Shown here piece after piece: positions 18,406 to 26,860 of a stretch of 64,000 nt of DNA. Under the pieces are notes generated by a model. It was not told where the DNA came from. It was given only the letters and a program-made list of their open reading frames with translations, and did no database searches. Origin of the DNA: Candidatus Bathyarchaeia archaeon (GTDB lineage Archaea > Thermoproteota > Bathyarchaeia > Bathyarchaeales > Bathycorpusculaceae); contig JBEKTQ010000001.1 in the NCBI GenBank assembly GCA_049515895.1, positions 1 through 64,000 of the forward strand, given 5' to 3'. Positions within the stretch are counted from its first letter, which is position 1, and each line of letters opens with the position of its first letter. Position numbers and translations under genes: made by a program.

Positions 18406-18710
18406 GGCTATTCTTGCTAGTTGCGCTTTGAAAGTTAACCCTTGTGTTACCTGCATATCACCGGGCAATCGGGAGACTGAGGAGATTTAGGGAGAATTTT
18501 GAAGATTTTCCACCGTCTCATATCGTTAATTCTCTCACTATTTTTGACTTTTTAAGACGTTTATTGACTTTTCCAGACTTCTATTGACTTTTGTTGACGT
18601 TAGTAGACTTTAGTTGACTTTAGCAGACGATAGTTGACTTTAGTTGACGCAACCTGCAGCCAATCCAAGCCCTGTTCCAAAGAAGCAACTCAAAACACAA
18701 ATAACAAATT
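18406..18710 (+). repeat. Dispersed decamer-array repeat, copy C (head, GAGA decamers, 11 x 10-bp GAC units, tail)
   Basis: GAC at 18546, 18556 ... 18646; head 43/44 identical to copy B; tail GACGCAACCTGCAGCCAATCCAAGC. Confidence 0.9.
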
Positions 18711-18818
18711 TGCTAAAGCTAATGACACTTTCATCGTGAAGAGTAAATCAAGAAATTATAAATGTTGATTAACACAATTACGCTCTTATCTTGAAAAGGG
18801 AGAGTTGCAGGTGGGAAC

Positions 18819-21800
18819 ATGCTTCGGGCGGAGCTTTTTGGTAAGTTAGATAACCAGCAAAAACAGGCGGTTGAAGAGATTGAGCGCCCACTTCTAATTA
18901 TTGCTGGTGCAGGTTCCGGAAAAACCCTGACTGTGGCAAGCAAAATCGCCTATTTAATTGAGAAAGGTTTCAAGCCTGAGAATATTCTGGCGTTGGCGTT
19001 TAACCAGAAAGCGGCTGAAGAACTGAAGGATAGAGTTATCGGTATGCTGGGGAATTCGGAGGATTTGAGCATATCGACGTTTCACTCGTTCTGTAACCAG
19101 GTTATTCAGGATAATATTTTGAACACTAAACTTAACGCTAACTTTAAAGTGATCACTGACACTGCGCAACTGGTTTACTTAACGAAGAACATCAACCGTT
19201 TCGGGATTGAGCATCTTGAATTCAACCATGAACCATACACGTTAGCGGAAGAAATGAGGAAGTTCATTTCAAGATGCAAAGACGAATCCATCTCACCCGA
19301 TGACATTCAACATTACATTGAAAAACAGGAAAAGACCGCGCTTGATGAGGAAGCTCAAGGTGACCTAAACAATCTTAAGGACATTCTAAAAATTTACCGG
19401 TCCTACGAAGATTACAAGACAAAAAATAACATGCTCGATTTTGGAGACATGCTCTGCAATGTGTACATCCTACTCAAAAACCACCCGTCAATTTTGAAGG
19501 GCTACCAACAGAGGTTTCAGTATGTTATCGTTGATGAATTTCAAGACACCAATTACATACAACTGCACATAGTCCATCTGATAGCGTGTAAGCACGGCCA
19601 CATCACGGTGGTAGGAGATGACGACCAAAGCATCTACCGATTCCGGGGAGCCTACCTAACCAACATAGCGGAATTCAAAAAAATGTTCCCTAACCACGTG
19701 GAAAAAGCCCTGGAACACAACTACCGCAGCACCAAAAAAATCGTAGAAGTCGCCAACACACTAATCGAAAACAGCCCCGAAAGAACAAAAAAGAAACTCT
19801 TCACAAACAACCCAGACGGAGAAAAAATAGCCATCATCGAAACCCCATGCGACTCTTCACAAGCAAACTACATTCTTGAAACAGTCAAAGAACTCCTAAA
19901 AAAATACCCTGCAAATGACATAGCGGTACTGTGCAGGCGAAGATCAACTGCTGAACCAATAATCAAAGCATTCAGAAAACACGCTATACGCTTCAACTTC
20001 GTCGGCGAGACCGGCTTCTTCCAAGAGCCAATAGTCAAAGACATTACGGCTTACCTCAAAGTCATAAGTGACCCGCTTGAAAGCAATCCAGAACTCGTCA
20101 GGGTTCTGAACCGACATAACTACGACATTAAGCAGATTGATATATGCAGGTTCTGCTGCTTTGCCGATCAAAATAACCTTTCACTATACGAGGCATTTGA
20201 CCACTTAAGCGAGATAGATGTGGATAAATTCAAGTTCCTGCAAGTCAAACAGATCCTTTCCGGCATAATGCGCGCTAAAAAAAGGCTCCGAACACTGGAC
20301 CTTATCCATGACCTGCTTTTTGAACGGGAATTCTACAAGTACGAGATAGCACTCCAAAACAGCAGGAACATACAGCTCCTGAACCAGTTTTACGAGTTCG
20401 CCGAGGAATTCAACGGAATCTACCCCGACAACGACGTTGAAGACTTCACAGATTACCTGTCCTTTGCCTCCAACTTCGAAATCGAAGAGCGAAACCTCGA
20501 CGAACAAGCAATAACCATCTCAACCATCCACGGAGTCAAAGGCATGCAGTACCCCGTAGTCATAATTCCAGACGTTATCGAACGCAGGCTGCCAACAATC
20601 TACCAAGAAGACAAATTCCAAATTCCCCAGGACCTGCTCAAGGGAGTCAAATCCAAATTCGACGAAAAAGAATTACACTTCCAAGAAGAACGAAGACTCC
20701 TCTACGTAGCCATAACCCGAGCCAAAGAGAAGCTAATCATCACCTATGCCAAGCGGTACGGCGAAAACAAAACCGACTCCAAACCCTCACGATTCCTAAA
20801 AGAAATAAACTACCAACAAAACGAAAACATAAACTTCCAACAAGCAGACCCCCAAGAACTGCCACCCGAAGCCACAACAAAAGAGAACCAAACACAAGCA
20901 CGCCTCATGAAACAAGTAATATCAAACCTAACAACTGGAAAATTCAACGAAGCCATTGAAAACGTGCTCCTATACGCCAAATCAACAAACAAAGACTTAG
21001 ACGTCAAAACCGAGTTAATAGGCAAGATAAAAGAACCCGATTACAGGGCGCTGGAACAGCGTGAGGAGGAGCCGGTTACAGTCGCCGAAAACCACGTTTT
21101 CAGCGTCTCCCAATTTGTCGGCTACAAAAAATGCCCCCGCCTCTACCAGTACCGTCATGTCATGAAGATTCCGGAGAAGCCCCGCTACTACTTTGACTTC
21201 GGCTCCTCACTGCACAGCATCGCGGAGCAATTGACCCGGCTGCAGAAAGACGGCAAAGCCATCAACGAAGATGTCGCATTTGAGCTTCTCTCGAAGTTCT
21301 GGGATCCCAAAGGCTACAAGTCAAAGCTTGATGAACGAAGGGATTACAAAGATGCGAAGGTAATCCTTAGGGTTTTCCTGAAAGAGCAGGCCCAGAGCAA
21401 GACGGAAATCGTTGACATTGAACGGTGGTTTGAAACCTCTATCGGCGACATTCAGCTGAGAGGGCGAATCGACCGCATCGACCGGGAAGGATCCAGCTAC
21501 ACGGTTGTGGACTATAAGACAAGCAAAAAAGCACCATCTCTGAATGAGCTAAAGAAGGATATGCAGCTCTTGGTTTACGCGCTTGCGGTTAAGGAGATGT
21601 ATGGCGGCGGCCCGTTGAAGGTGGGGAACTGGTTCTTACGAACTAACGAAAAGGTGTTTTTTGAACCGGAAAACCAAGCTATCGAGGCGATGCGAGCAGA
21701 GATCGTGGAGATGGCGTCAAAGATCAAGGCAGCAGCGTTTGAACCCAAGAAAGGAAGCTGGGAATGCACCCAATGCGATTATAGCTGCCTATGCGACTGA
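18819..21800 (+). CDS. UvrD/PcrA SF1 helicase fused to C-terminal PD-(D/E)XK nuclease with 4-Cys (AddB/Cas4-like) cluster
   Basis: AGAGSGKT, VDEFQDTN, GDDDQSIYRFRGA, EERRLLYVAITRA; GRIDRID...VVDYKT; KCPR + CTQCDYSCLC. Confidence 0.92.
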   Translation: MLRAELFGKLDNQQKQAVEEIERPLLIIAGAGSGKTLTVASKIAYLIEKGFKPENILALAFNQKAAEELKDRVIGMLGNSEDLSISTFHSFCNQVIQDNILNTKLNANFKVITDTAQLVYLTKNINRFGIEHLEFNHEPYTLAEEMRKFISRCKDESISPDDIQHYIEKQEKTALDEEAQGDLNNLKDILKIYRSYEDYKTKNNMLDFGDMLCNVYILLKNHPSILKGYQQRFQYVIVDEFQDTNYIQLHIVHLIACKHGHITVVGDDDQSIYRFRGAYLTNIAEFKKMFPNHVEKALEHNYRSTKKIVEVANTLIENSPERTKKKLFTNNPDGEKIAIIETPCDSSQANYILETVKELLKKYPANDIAVLCRRRSTAEPIIKAFRKHAIRFNFVGETGFFQEPIVKDITAYLKVISDPLESNPELVRVLNRHNYDIKQIDICRFCCFADQNNLSLYEAFDHLSEIDVDKFKFLQVKQILSGIMRAKKRLRTLDLIHDLLFEREFYKYEIALQNSRNIQLLNQFYEFAEEFNGIYPDNDVEDFTDYLSFASNFEIEERNLDEQAITISTIHGVKGMQYPVVIIPDVIERRLPTIYQEDKFQIPQDLLKGVKSKFDEKELHFQEERRLLYVAITRAKEKLIITYAKRYGENKTDSKPSRFLKEINYQQNENINFQQADPQELPPEATTKENQTQARLMKQVISNLTTGKFNEAIENVLLYAKSTNKDLDVKTELIGKIKEPDYRALEQREEEPVTVAENHVFSVSQFVGYKKCPRLYQYRHVMKIPEKPRYYFDFGSSLHSIAEQLTRLQKDGKAINEDVAFELLSKFWDPKGYKSKLDERRDYKDAKVILRVFLKEQAQSKTEIVDIERWFETSIGDIQLRGRIDRIDREGSSYTVVDYKTSKKAPSLNELKKDMQLLVYALAVKEMYGGGPLKVGNWFLRTNEKVFFEPENQAIEAMRAEIVEMASKIKAAAFEPKKGSWECTQCDYSCLCD

Positions 21801-21822
21801 TAACCGGCAGCTTCCACTTTTT

Positions 21823-21969
21823 CTACATCATTGTTTCGTCAAAGAACACGTCCTCGGAATCCTGATTATCACCAGAATCGCCCACTTCATTAAATCTCAG
21901 CGCACCGCAGAATTCGCACGCTACCGAATCTTCCTTGTTTTCGTAGCCGCAGTTCTTACAAGGCCACAA
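21823..21969 (-). CDS. 48-aa RanBP2/NZF-type zinc finger microprotein with acidic tail (not in ORF track)
   Basis: MWPCKNCGYENKEDSVACEFCGALRF... = W-x-C-x2-C-x3-N-x6-C-x2-C; GGAGG SD before TTG start. Confidence 0.75.
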   Translation of the reverse strand: MWPCKNCGYENKEDSVACEFCGALRFNEVGDSGDNQDSEDVFFDETMM

Positions 21970-21991
21970 ACGATCGCCTCCTTTCCTCGAT

Positions 21992-22141
21992 TTACCTTAA
22001 GTCTCCGAACATGCTGTCTGATTCCTCGGTTACCTGGTCATCCCAGCATTCCCAGCACATGCCCTCAAAATTATCGTTATCTTCTTTGGTGATTTCCTTG
22101 CCACAAACTTCACAATAATACTTCTTATTTTCATGGCTCAT
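21992..22141 (-). CDS. 49-aa C4 zinc finger microprotein with acidic tail (not in ORF track)
   Basis: MSHENKKYYCEVCGKEITKEDNDNFEGMCWECWDDQVTEESDSMFGDLR; GAGGTG SD before ATG. Confidence 0.75.
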   Translation of the reverse strand: MSHENKKYYCEVCGKEITKEDNDNFEGMCWECWDDQVTEESDSMFGDLR

Positions 22142-22364
22142 TCTTTTCACCTCAACTTAAAGTTAAGGCTCCACCATGCGATTCTCTATATACTAAGGTC
22201 ATCAGTTCTTTTTAATTTTACTACAAGCTACAATAGGGCAATTTTTAGAACAAAGTAAAGTTGTAGCCAGGCAATTTTCATTTTTCTATAGCATTTTTAC
22301 TATAATATTATAGCAATTTTTATATATATCTAATTGGCTATAAGACAAAATTGAGGAAATAGAT

Positions 22365-23417
22365 ATGGATACTCCGACACTTCGAATACTAGAAACAATA
22401 TCGTCCAACATAGGCGATTCTCTATCAATTTACCAACTCACAGACCGAATTAAGGAAACTTACGGGTCTGCTTACTATGCAAATATTTATCAGAAATTGC
22501 AGGACTTAAAAAGTGAAGGATTACTCAGTCTAGAATCTGTGGGTAGATCCTCTATTATTAAGTTAAACTTTGAAAATTATCTTTTAATTGACAAGTTGGC
22601 AGAAATTGAAATTGAGAAAAAGATTGACTTCCTATCCGAGAGAAACAACTTATTCTCGTTTTTTGTTGAAATGGATAAATCCTTGAAAGATAAGTGTTCG
22701 ATAAAGTCAATCAGTTCGATTAATCCATCAAAGAACATAAAACTTAACAAAATTGAATTACTTTTTCTGCTAAGAGAAACCTCAGATTATCTCAGTGAGA
22801 CAATCGACTTATACGAAGATATGCTGAACCTCGAAAAAAAACATAATTTGAAAATTAATAATCTGATACTAGATAAGCATGATTTTTTTGATCTAATAAC
22901 ATCTGATGAAATTAATCCAGTTAGAGAAGCTCTCGGCGAAAAAATTGCCCTCTTCTGTCCTCAAGCATTCTGGAGCGAGATTAAAGAAATCGCTGAGAAG
23001 AATCGAATTCGCACAATTAAACCAGAGACAAAACCCCTAAACATATCGGATCTAGACTTACTGTTTAATCTTAATCGGTTTGGATACAAGGAATTTGGTT
23101 CCTATTTAGCTCAAGGCAAAAAATTCTGTATTGAGTATATAGCAACCAAAATACTTCTGGAAGAGGATGCACGAAGAATGGAAGCCTTAGCTGTCATCCT
23201 AACAAAAAACAATTTTAAAAGTAACTTAATGGCATTCTTAAGCCAAAAATATCCGATAGCCCCAAGGCTGAGGGGTATACTAAAAATATTACAGCAACTG
23301 AAGGCAAAACCAGAAATTGAGAAGACCATACAGATTCTACAAACATTCAATGAAGAAGAATTGCCTGCTGACAAAGCCAGCATAAAGCAGAAGTTGGAGC
23401 TATACAATGTCCTGTGA
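22365..23417 (+). CDS. wHTH-containing protein, probable antitoxin/regulator partner of the downstream nucleotidyltransferase
   Basis: N-terminal wHTH (LSIYQL...YANIYQKLQDLKSEGLL..ESVGRS); overlaps downstream start. Confidence 0.7.
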   Translation: MDTPTLRILETISSNIGDSLSIYQLTDRIKETYGSAYYANIYQKLQDLKSEGLLSLESVGRSSIIKLNFENYLLIDKLAEIEIEKKIDFLSERNNLFSFFVEMDKSLKDKCSIKSISSINPSKNIKLNKIELLFLLRETSDYLSETIDLYEDMLNLEKKHNLKINNLILDKHDFFDLITSDEINPVREALGEKIALFCPQAFWSEIKEIAEKNRIRTIKPETKPLNISDLDLLFNLNRFGYKEFGSYLAQGKKFCIEYIATKILLEEDARRMEALAVILTKNNFKSNLMAFLSQKYPIAPRLRGILKILQQLKAKPEIEKTIQILQTFNEEELPADKASIKQKLELYNVL

Positions 23418-23970
23418 TAAGAGTGCACTGTTTGAACTGTTAGAAGTTTTGAACGAGGACCTAACCAAAAAGATAACACTCATAGCGGTAGGTGGCACAG
23501 CAATGACACTGCAGGATCTAAAACCTTCGACAATAGATATCGATTTAACAATCCCCAGCGATGACCCGACCGAATTTAATCGCGTCCTTAAAAACAATCC
23601 ACCAGGTTTTAGAGTCGATCGATGACCCGACGGATACGTTTTTTGCCAATACTTGCCGGACGACTATCTAGAAAAAAGTGCTAGAATAAGAGAGTTCAGC
23701 CACATATCTTTGAGGGCTATCCAACCAGCAGACATAATTGTCACTAAAATTGGCAGACTTTACGAGAGAGATATCCAAGATATAGGCGATTGCATAAGGA
23801 AAGGTAACGTTTCAGAGGCTAAAATAAGGACCAGAGCAGCACTAGTGATTGCAACATATGCCGGCCGTGAAGAGGATTATCTCTATAACCTAGAGCTGGT
23901 CATTGAAAGGTATTTCAAAAAAAACAAACTAAATGAGAGTAACGGTTATAGCAAAAATAACAAGCAATAA
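23407..23970 (+). pseudogene. DUF6036/AbiEii-like nucleotidyltransferase with in-frame TGA at 23623-23625
   Basis: AVGGTAM..LKPSTIDID, DIIVTKIGRLYERDIQD; the two ORFs share a frame (VDR*PDGYVFCQYLPDDY). Confidence 0.78.
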
Positions 23971-24061
23971 TGGACGATTCCTTTCTCAAAAGTTCACTTG
24001 GTTTGCCGTCAGAAATTATCGCACTTACCAAAGCAGTGGTATTAAGCACAACTCGAAGCAT
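23915..24061 (-). pseudogene. Truncated PIN toxin remnant (TIGR00305-like)
   Basis: MLRVVLNTTALVSAIISDGKPSELLRK matches the RVVLDTNVLVSA..G.P..LL pattern with D changed to N; similarity stops after ~27 codons; lies just downstream of an AbrB gene. Confidence 0.7.
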
Positions 24062-24072
24062 CTAATCATCCG

Positions 24073-24330
24073 TTACTTTCTGCTGTCTGCAATTTCTTTT
24101 GCGGTTTCTTTGTCCGAAATCTTCAGTTGCTTTTTGTCCATCATCTTGAAGATGTCTTCCCACTCTTTCTTCAAGTCGGGAAGCTCAAGCTTTTTCATTA
24201 TAACTGTATCGCCTCTGCCGTATACTAGAAACTTTGTTTTAGGCTTTATCCCAAGCTCCCGTCGTATAGATTGAGGGATAACTACTTGCCCCTTTTCACT
24301 GATGGTGGTTACTTCAGGCTCTTCAGACAT
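24073..24330 (-). CDS. AbrB/MazE-family antitoxin
   Basis: TTISEKGQVVIPQSIRRELGI. Confidence 0.88.
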   Translation of the reverse strand: MSEEPEVTTISEKGQVVIPQSIRRELGIKPKTKFLVYGRGDTVIMKKLELPDLKKEWEDIFKMMDKKQLKISDKETAKEIADSRK

Positions 24331-24494
24331 TTTTCATCAGTAAGAATATTTTACTTTCATACTATCATTGTTTTTGCCAAGAAAATACGTTTGTTCCATT
24401 GCACCTTTTGCAATGACTTAGGCTTGGTTTTGGAAATTTCCGATTGATTGTAGCTCTGGTAAGAAGGCTTTAGTAAGAGTCTACCTTCAAAGTA

Positions 24495-24725
24495 ATGTTG
24501 CGTGATAAAATGAAATTCGGTGTAGTGGTTGAAAAAGATGAAGACGGCTACTATGTTGCTTCTGTGCCAGAGTTACCTGGTTGCCACACTCAAGCTAAGA
24601 CATTTGAGGAAGTCATAAGAAGAATCAAGGAAGCTATTCAGGTTTGTTTAGAAGTTGAGGGAACGAAAGCTCACGGACGTACCGAACTCGTTGGAGTTCA
24701 GTTCGTAGAGGTTCAAGCAGAATGA
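24495..24725 (+). CDS. hicB: HicB-family antitoxin
   Basis: EKDEDGYYVASVPELPGCHTQAKT. Confidence 0.92.
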   Translation: MLRDKMKFGVVVEKDEDGYYVASVPELPGCHTQAKTFEEVIRRIKEAIQVCLEVEGTKAHGRTELVGVQFVEVQAE

Positions 24726-24952
24726 GCTTGAAGCCACAACCAGCCAAAAAAATAATCAAAGTTCTTTCAAAATTAGGTTTCAAGATTGTTAGAAAACAAG
24801 GCAGTCATGTTGTTCTTAAGCATGCGGATGGCCGACTTACGGTTGTCCAAGTTCATTCAGGTGAAGAAATAGGCAGAGGATTACTTAACAAAATTATCAA
24901 AGATACTGGGCTGCCTAAAGAAGAATTCATCAAACTATTGGAAAACCAATAA
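24722..24952 (+). CDS. hicA: HicA-family toxin
   Basis: LGF..RKQGSHVVLKH..GRLTVV.VH...IGRGLL..I. Confidence 0.92.
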   Translation: MSLKPQPAKKIIKVLSKLGFKIVRKQGSHVVLKHADGRLTVVQVHSGEEIGRGLLNKIIKDTGLPKEEFIKLLENQ

Positions 24953-25026
24953 CGCCAATTTCTCTAATGCATACCTCAGACGAATTAGTTAGCCGAATTT
25001 TGCGATTACAAAATAGTTGCGTCATT

Positions 25027-25072
25027 AGGGCACCAGCCTCCTAAGTTGTGGGGCGAGGGATCAAAAGCCTTC
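25027..25072 (+). pseudogene. Highly degenerate tRNA-Arg(CCT) fragment (anticodon and T arms)
   Basis: AGGGCA-CCAGC-CTCCTAA-GTTGT-GGGGC-GAGGG-ATCAAAA-GCCTT keeps tRNA arm spacing; no acceptor stem. Confidence 0.45.
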
Positions 25073-25144
25073 ACTGTTTTCTGCCTATTATGACCGATAC
25101 TTAAGCGCGTGCGAGGAGAAACGCGGCCAATTTTGTATTTCTGC

Positions 25145-25732
25145 CTAGAAGACGAAGGGAATCAGCCGCTTCGTTCTGCTCATGTACTGCACGTATTCTC
25201 CGCCAAGCTCTTTCACCAAAGCGGGTTCCTCCACGTGTATCCTGTAGCCGTAGGCGATTCCGCAAACCACGGCTAGAATCAGCACGGCGACCGCCGATTG
25301 CGTGGCGAGTCCTAAGCCGATCATCGTGAGGATGCTTCCGCTGTAAGCAGGGTGCCGTACGAGGCGGTATGGTCCGTTTTCGATGACTTTGTGGTTTTGC
25401 CGAACACCCACTGTGAACAGGAAGAATCCTCTGAGTGTGGTGACGGCCCATTCTCTCACGAAGATGCCCAGCATCATAAGACAGATACCTACGATGAAGA
25501 CCCAATCTGGAAGGGGCATAATGTTGGCGCCTGCGAACTGGAAAGCCACAATTATGGATACGAACAGGCTGAGGTAAATCAGTAAACCCGACCCTTTGTC
25601 TTCTCGTGTCTTCGCCGTCTTTGTACCTTTGCTCCTGATTATGACGGGTTCGATTAGTAATGTTAAAACGAGCCATACGGTGAAGGCGACGTAGAAAACG
25701 ACTTGAGTCACTATTGTCGAAATGAAAGCCAC
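25145..25732 (-). CDS. Isoprenylcysteine carboxyl methyltransferase (ICMT/PEMT) family membrane protein
   Basis: GPYRLVRHPAYSG, RIHVEE..L...G.EY..Y..RTKRLIP. Confidence 0.9.
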   Translation of the reverse strand: MAFISTIVTQVVFYVAFTVWLVLTLLIEPVIIRSKGTKTAKTREDKGSGLLIYLSLFVSIIVAFQFAGANIMPLPDWVFIVGICLMMLGIFVREWAVTTLRGFFLFTVGVRQNHKVIENGPYRLVRHPAYSGSILTMIGLGLATQSAVAVLILAVVCGIAYGYRIHVEEPALVKELGGEYVQYMSRTKRLIPFVF

Positions 25733-25888
25733 GTCCTATCAGCCCACTATGGCATGTGGTCAGTTTCGGTATTTATGTCATTCCTCAAAAAGTGCATGCA
25801 GCGAATTCTTAAATAGACCTTTTTTGTAAGGGGCAGAGGAAGGCTTGGTTAGGGATTATTAAGCAGGTGACTTGAGACGGTTGAAGAT

Positions 25889-26860
25889 TTGGTGATTCAG
25901 ACTAGTGGGCTTCGGAAGACTTTCACTTCTGGTGGGAGAGGTGGAAAGAAAGATGTGGAGGCAGTTAAGGGCATAGATCTTAGTGTTAAAAAGGGGGAGA
26001 TCTTTGGTTTTCTAGGTCCAAACGGCGCTGGCAAATCCACCACTCAGAAGATGCTTTCTACCTTGTTGTGTCCGACAGGTGGGGAAGCCAAAGTTCTCGG
26101 ATACGACTTAGCTAAGCAGCAGGAGCAGATCAGGCAGAACATTGGCTGCGTGAGTCAAGCGGGCGGAGCAGACCTGTCTTCCACAGGGCTTGAGAACTTG
26201 GTCTTGCAAGCTCAACTTTATGGTTTAGACGATTTGACCTCAAAGAAATATGCCTCCGAATTCGTAGAGCGTTTCCAGATGAGCTCTTTCATTGAGAGGC
26301 CTGCCCAATCCTATTCTGGCGGTCAGAAGCGTAGATTGGACATTGCGCTTGGAATGATTCATCATCCGCAGCTGCTTCTTCTCGATGAGCCGACAACGGG
26401 ACTTGACCCTCAAAGCAGAGCTTATCTTTGGGGAGAAATAAGAAAACTCAAGGACGCGGGGGTCACCATCTTTTTGACGACGCAGTACATGGATGAAGCT
26501 GATAAACTCTGTGACGTAATAGCGATCATAGACGATGGAAAAATCATAGTGACGGGAACGCCGGGCGACTTGAAGAGCAGTGTCGGCGGCGACCACATCG
26601 TGTTTAGTTTTATGTCGGAAGAAATTGCTCACAAGGCTGAAACGCTGTTAACTGAGAAGGTTAAGGTGGAGAAAATTCAAACCAAGAACATGGCTGTGCA
26701 TCTTACCGTGAAGGATGGGGAGAGGATTATGCCTGACCTTTTGCGCTCGCTCGACGCAAGTGGTTTGGAGGCACAAGGCGTCACGCTATCCAGGCCGAGT
26801 TTGGATGATGTTTTTCTTAAGTACACTGGCCGTTCGCTTCGGGAGGACACTATAAAATGA
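25889..26860 (+). CDS. DrrA-type ABC transporter ATP-binding protein
   Basis: GPNGAGKST, YSGGQKRR, LLDEPTTGLDP, SLDDVFL.YTG. Confidence 0.95.
   Translation: MVIQTSGLRKTFTSGGRGGKKDVEAVKGIDLSVKKGEIFGFLGPNGAGKSTTQKMLSTLLCPTGGEAKVLGYDLAKQQEQIRQNIGCVSQAGGADLSSTGLENLVLQAQLYGLDDLTSKKYASEFVERFQMSSFIERPAQSYSGGQKRRLDIALGMIHHPQLLLLDEPTTGLDPQSRAYLWGEIRKLKDAGVTIFLTTQYMDEADKLCDVIAIIDDGKIIVTGTPGDLKSSVGGDHIVFSFMSEEIAHKAETLLTEKVKVEKIQTKNMAVHLTVKDGERIMPDLLRSLDASGLEAQGVTLSRPSLDDVFLKYTGRSLREDTIK

Noticed and set aside
21661-22092. 143-aa + strand ORF
   Set aside because: Overlaps the UvrD end out of frame and is antisense to two better-supported Zn-finger microproteins
13252-23625. Stop-codon recoding (Sec/Pyl/Trp) to explain the in-frame TAA and TGA
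   Set aside because: Two different stop codons are involved, both terminate many intact genes here, and the surroundings are rich in other decay lesions
23933-24274. 113-aa + strand ORF
   Set aside because: Antisense to the AbrB gene and the PIN remnant
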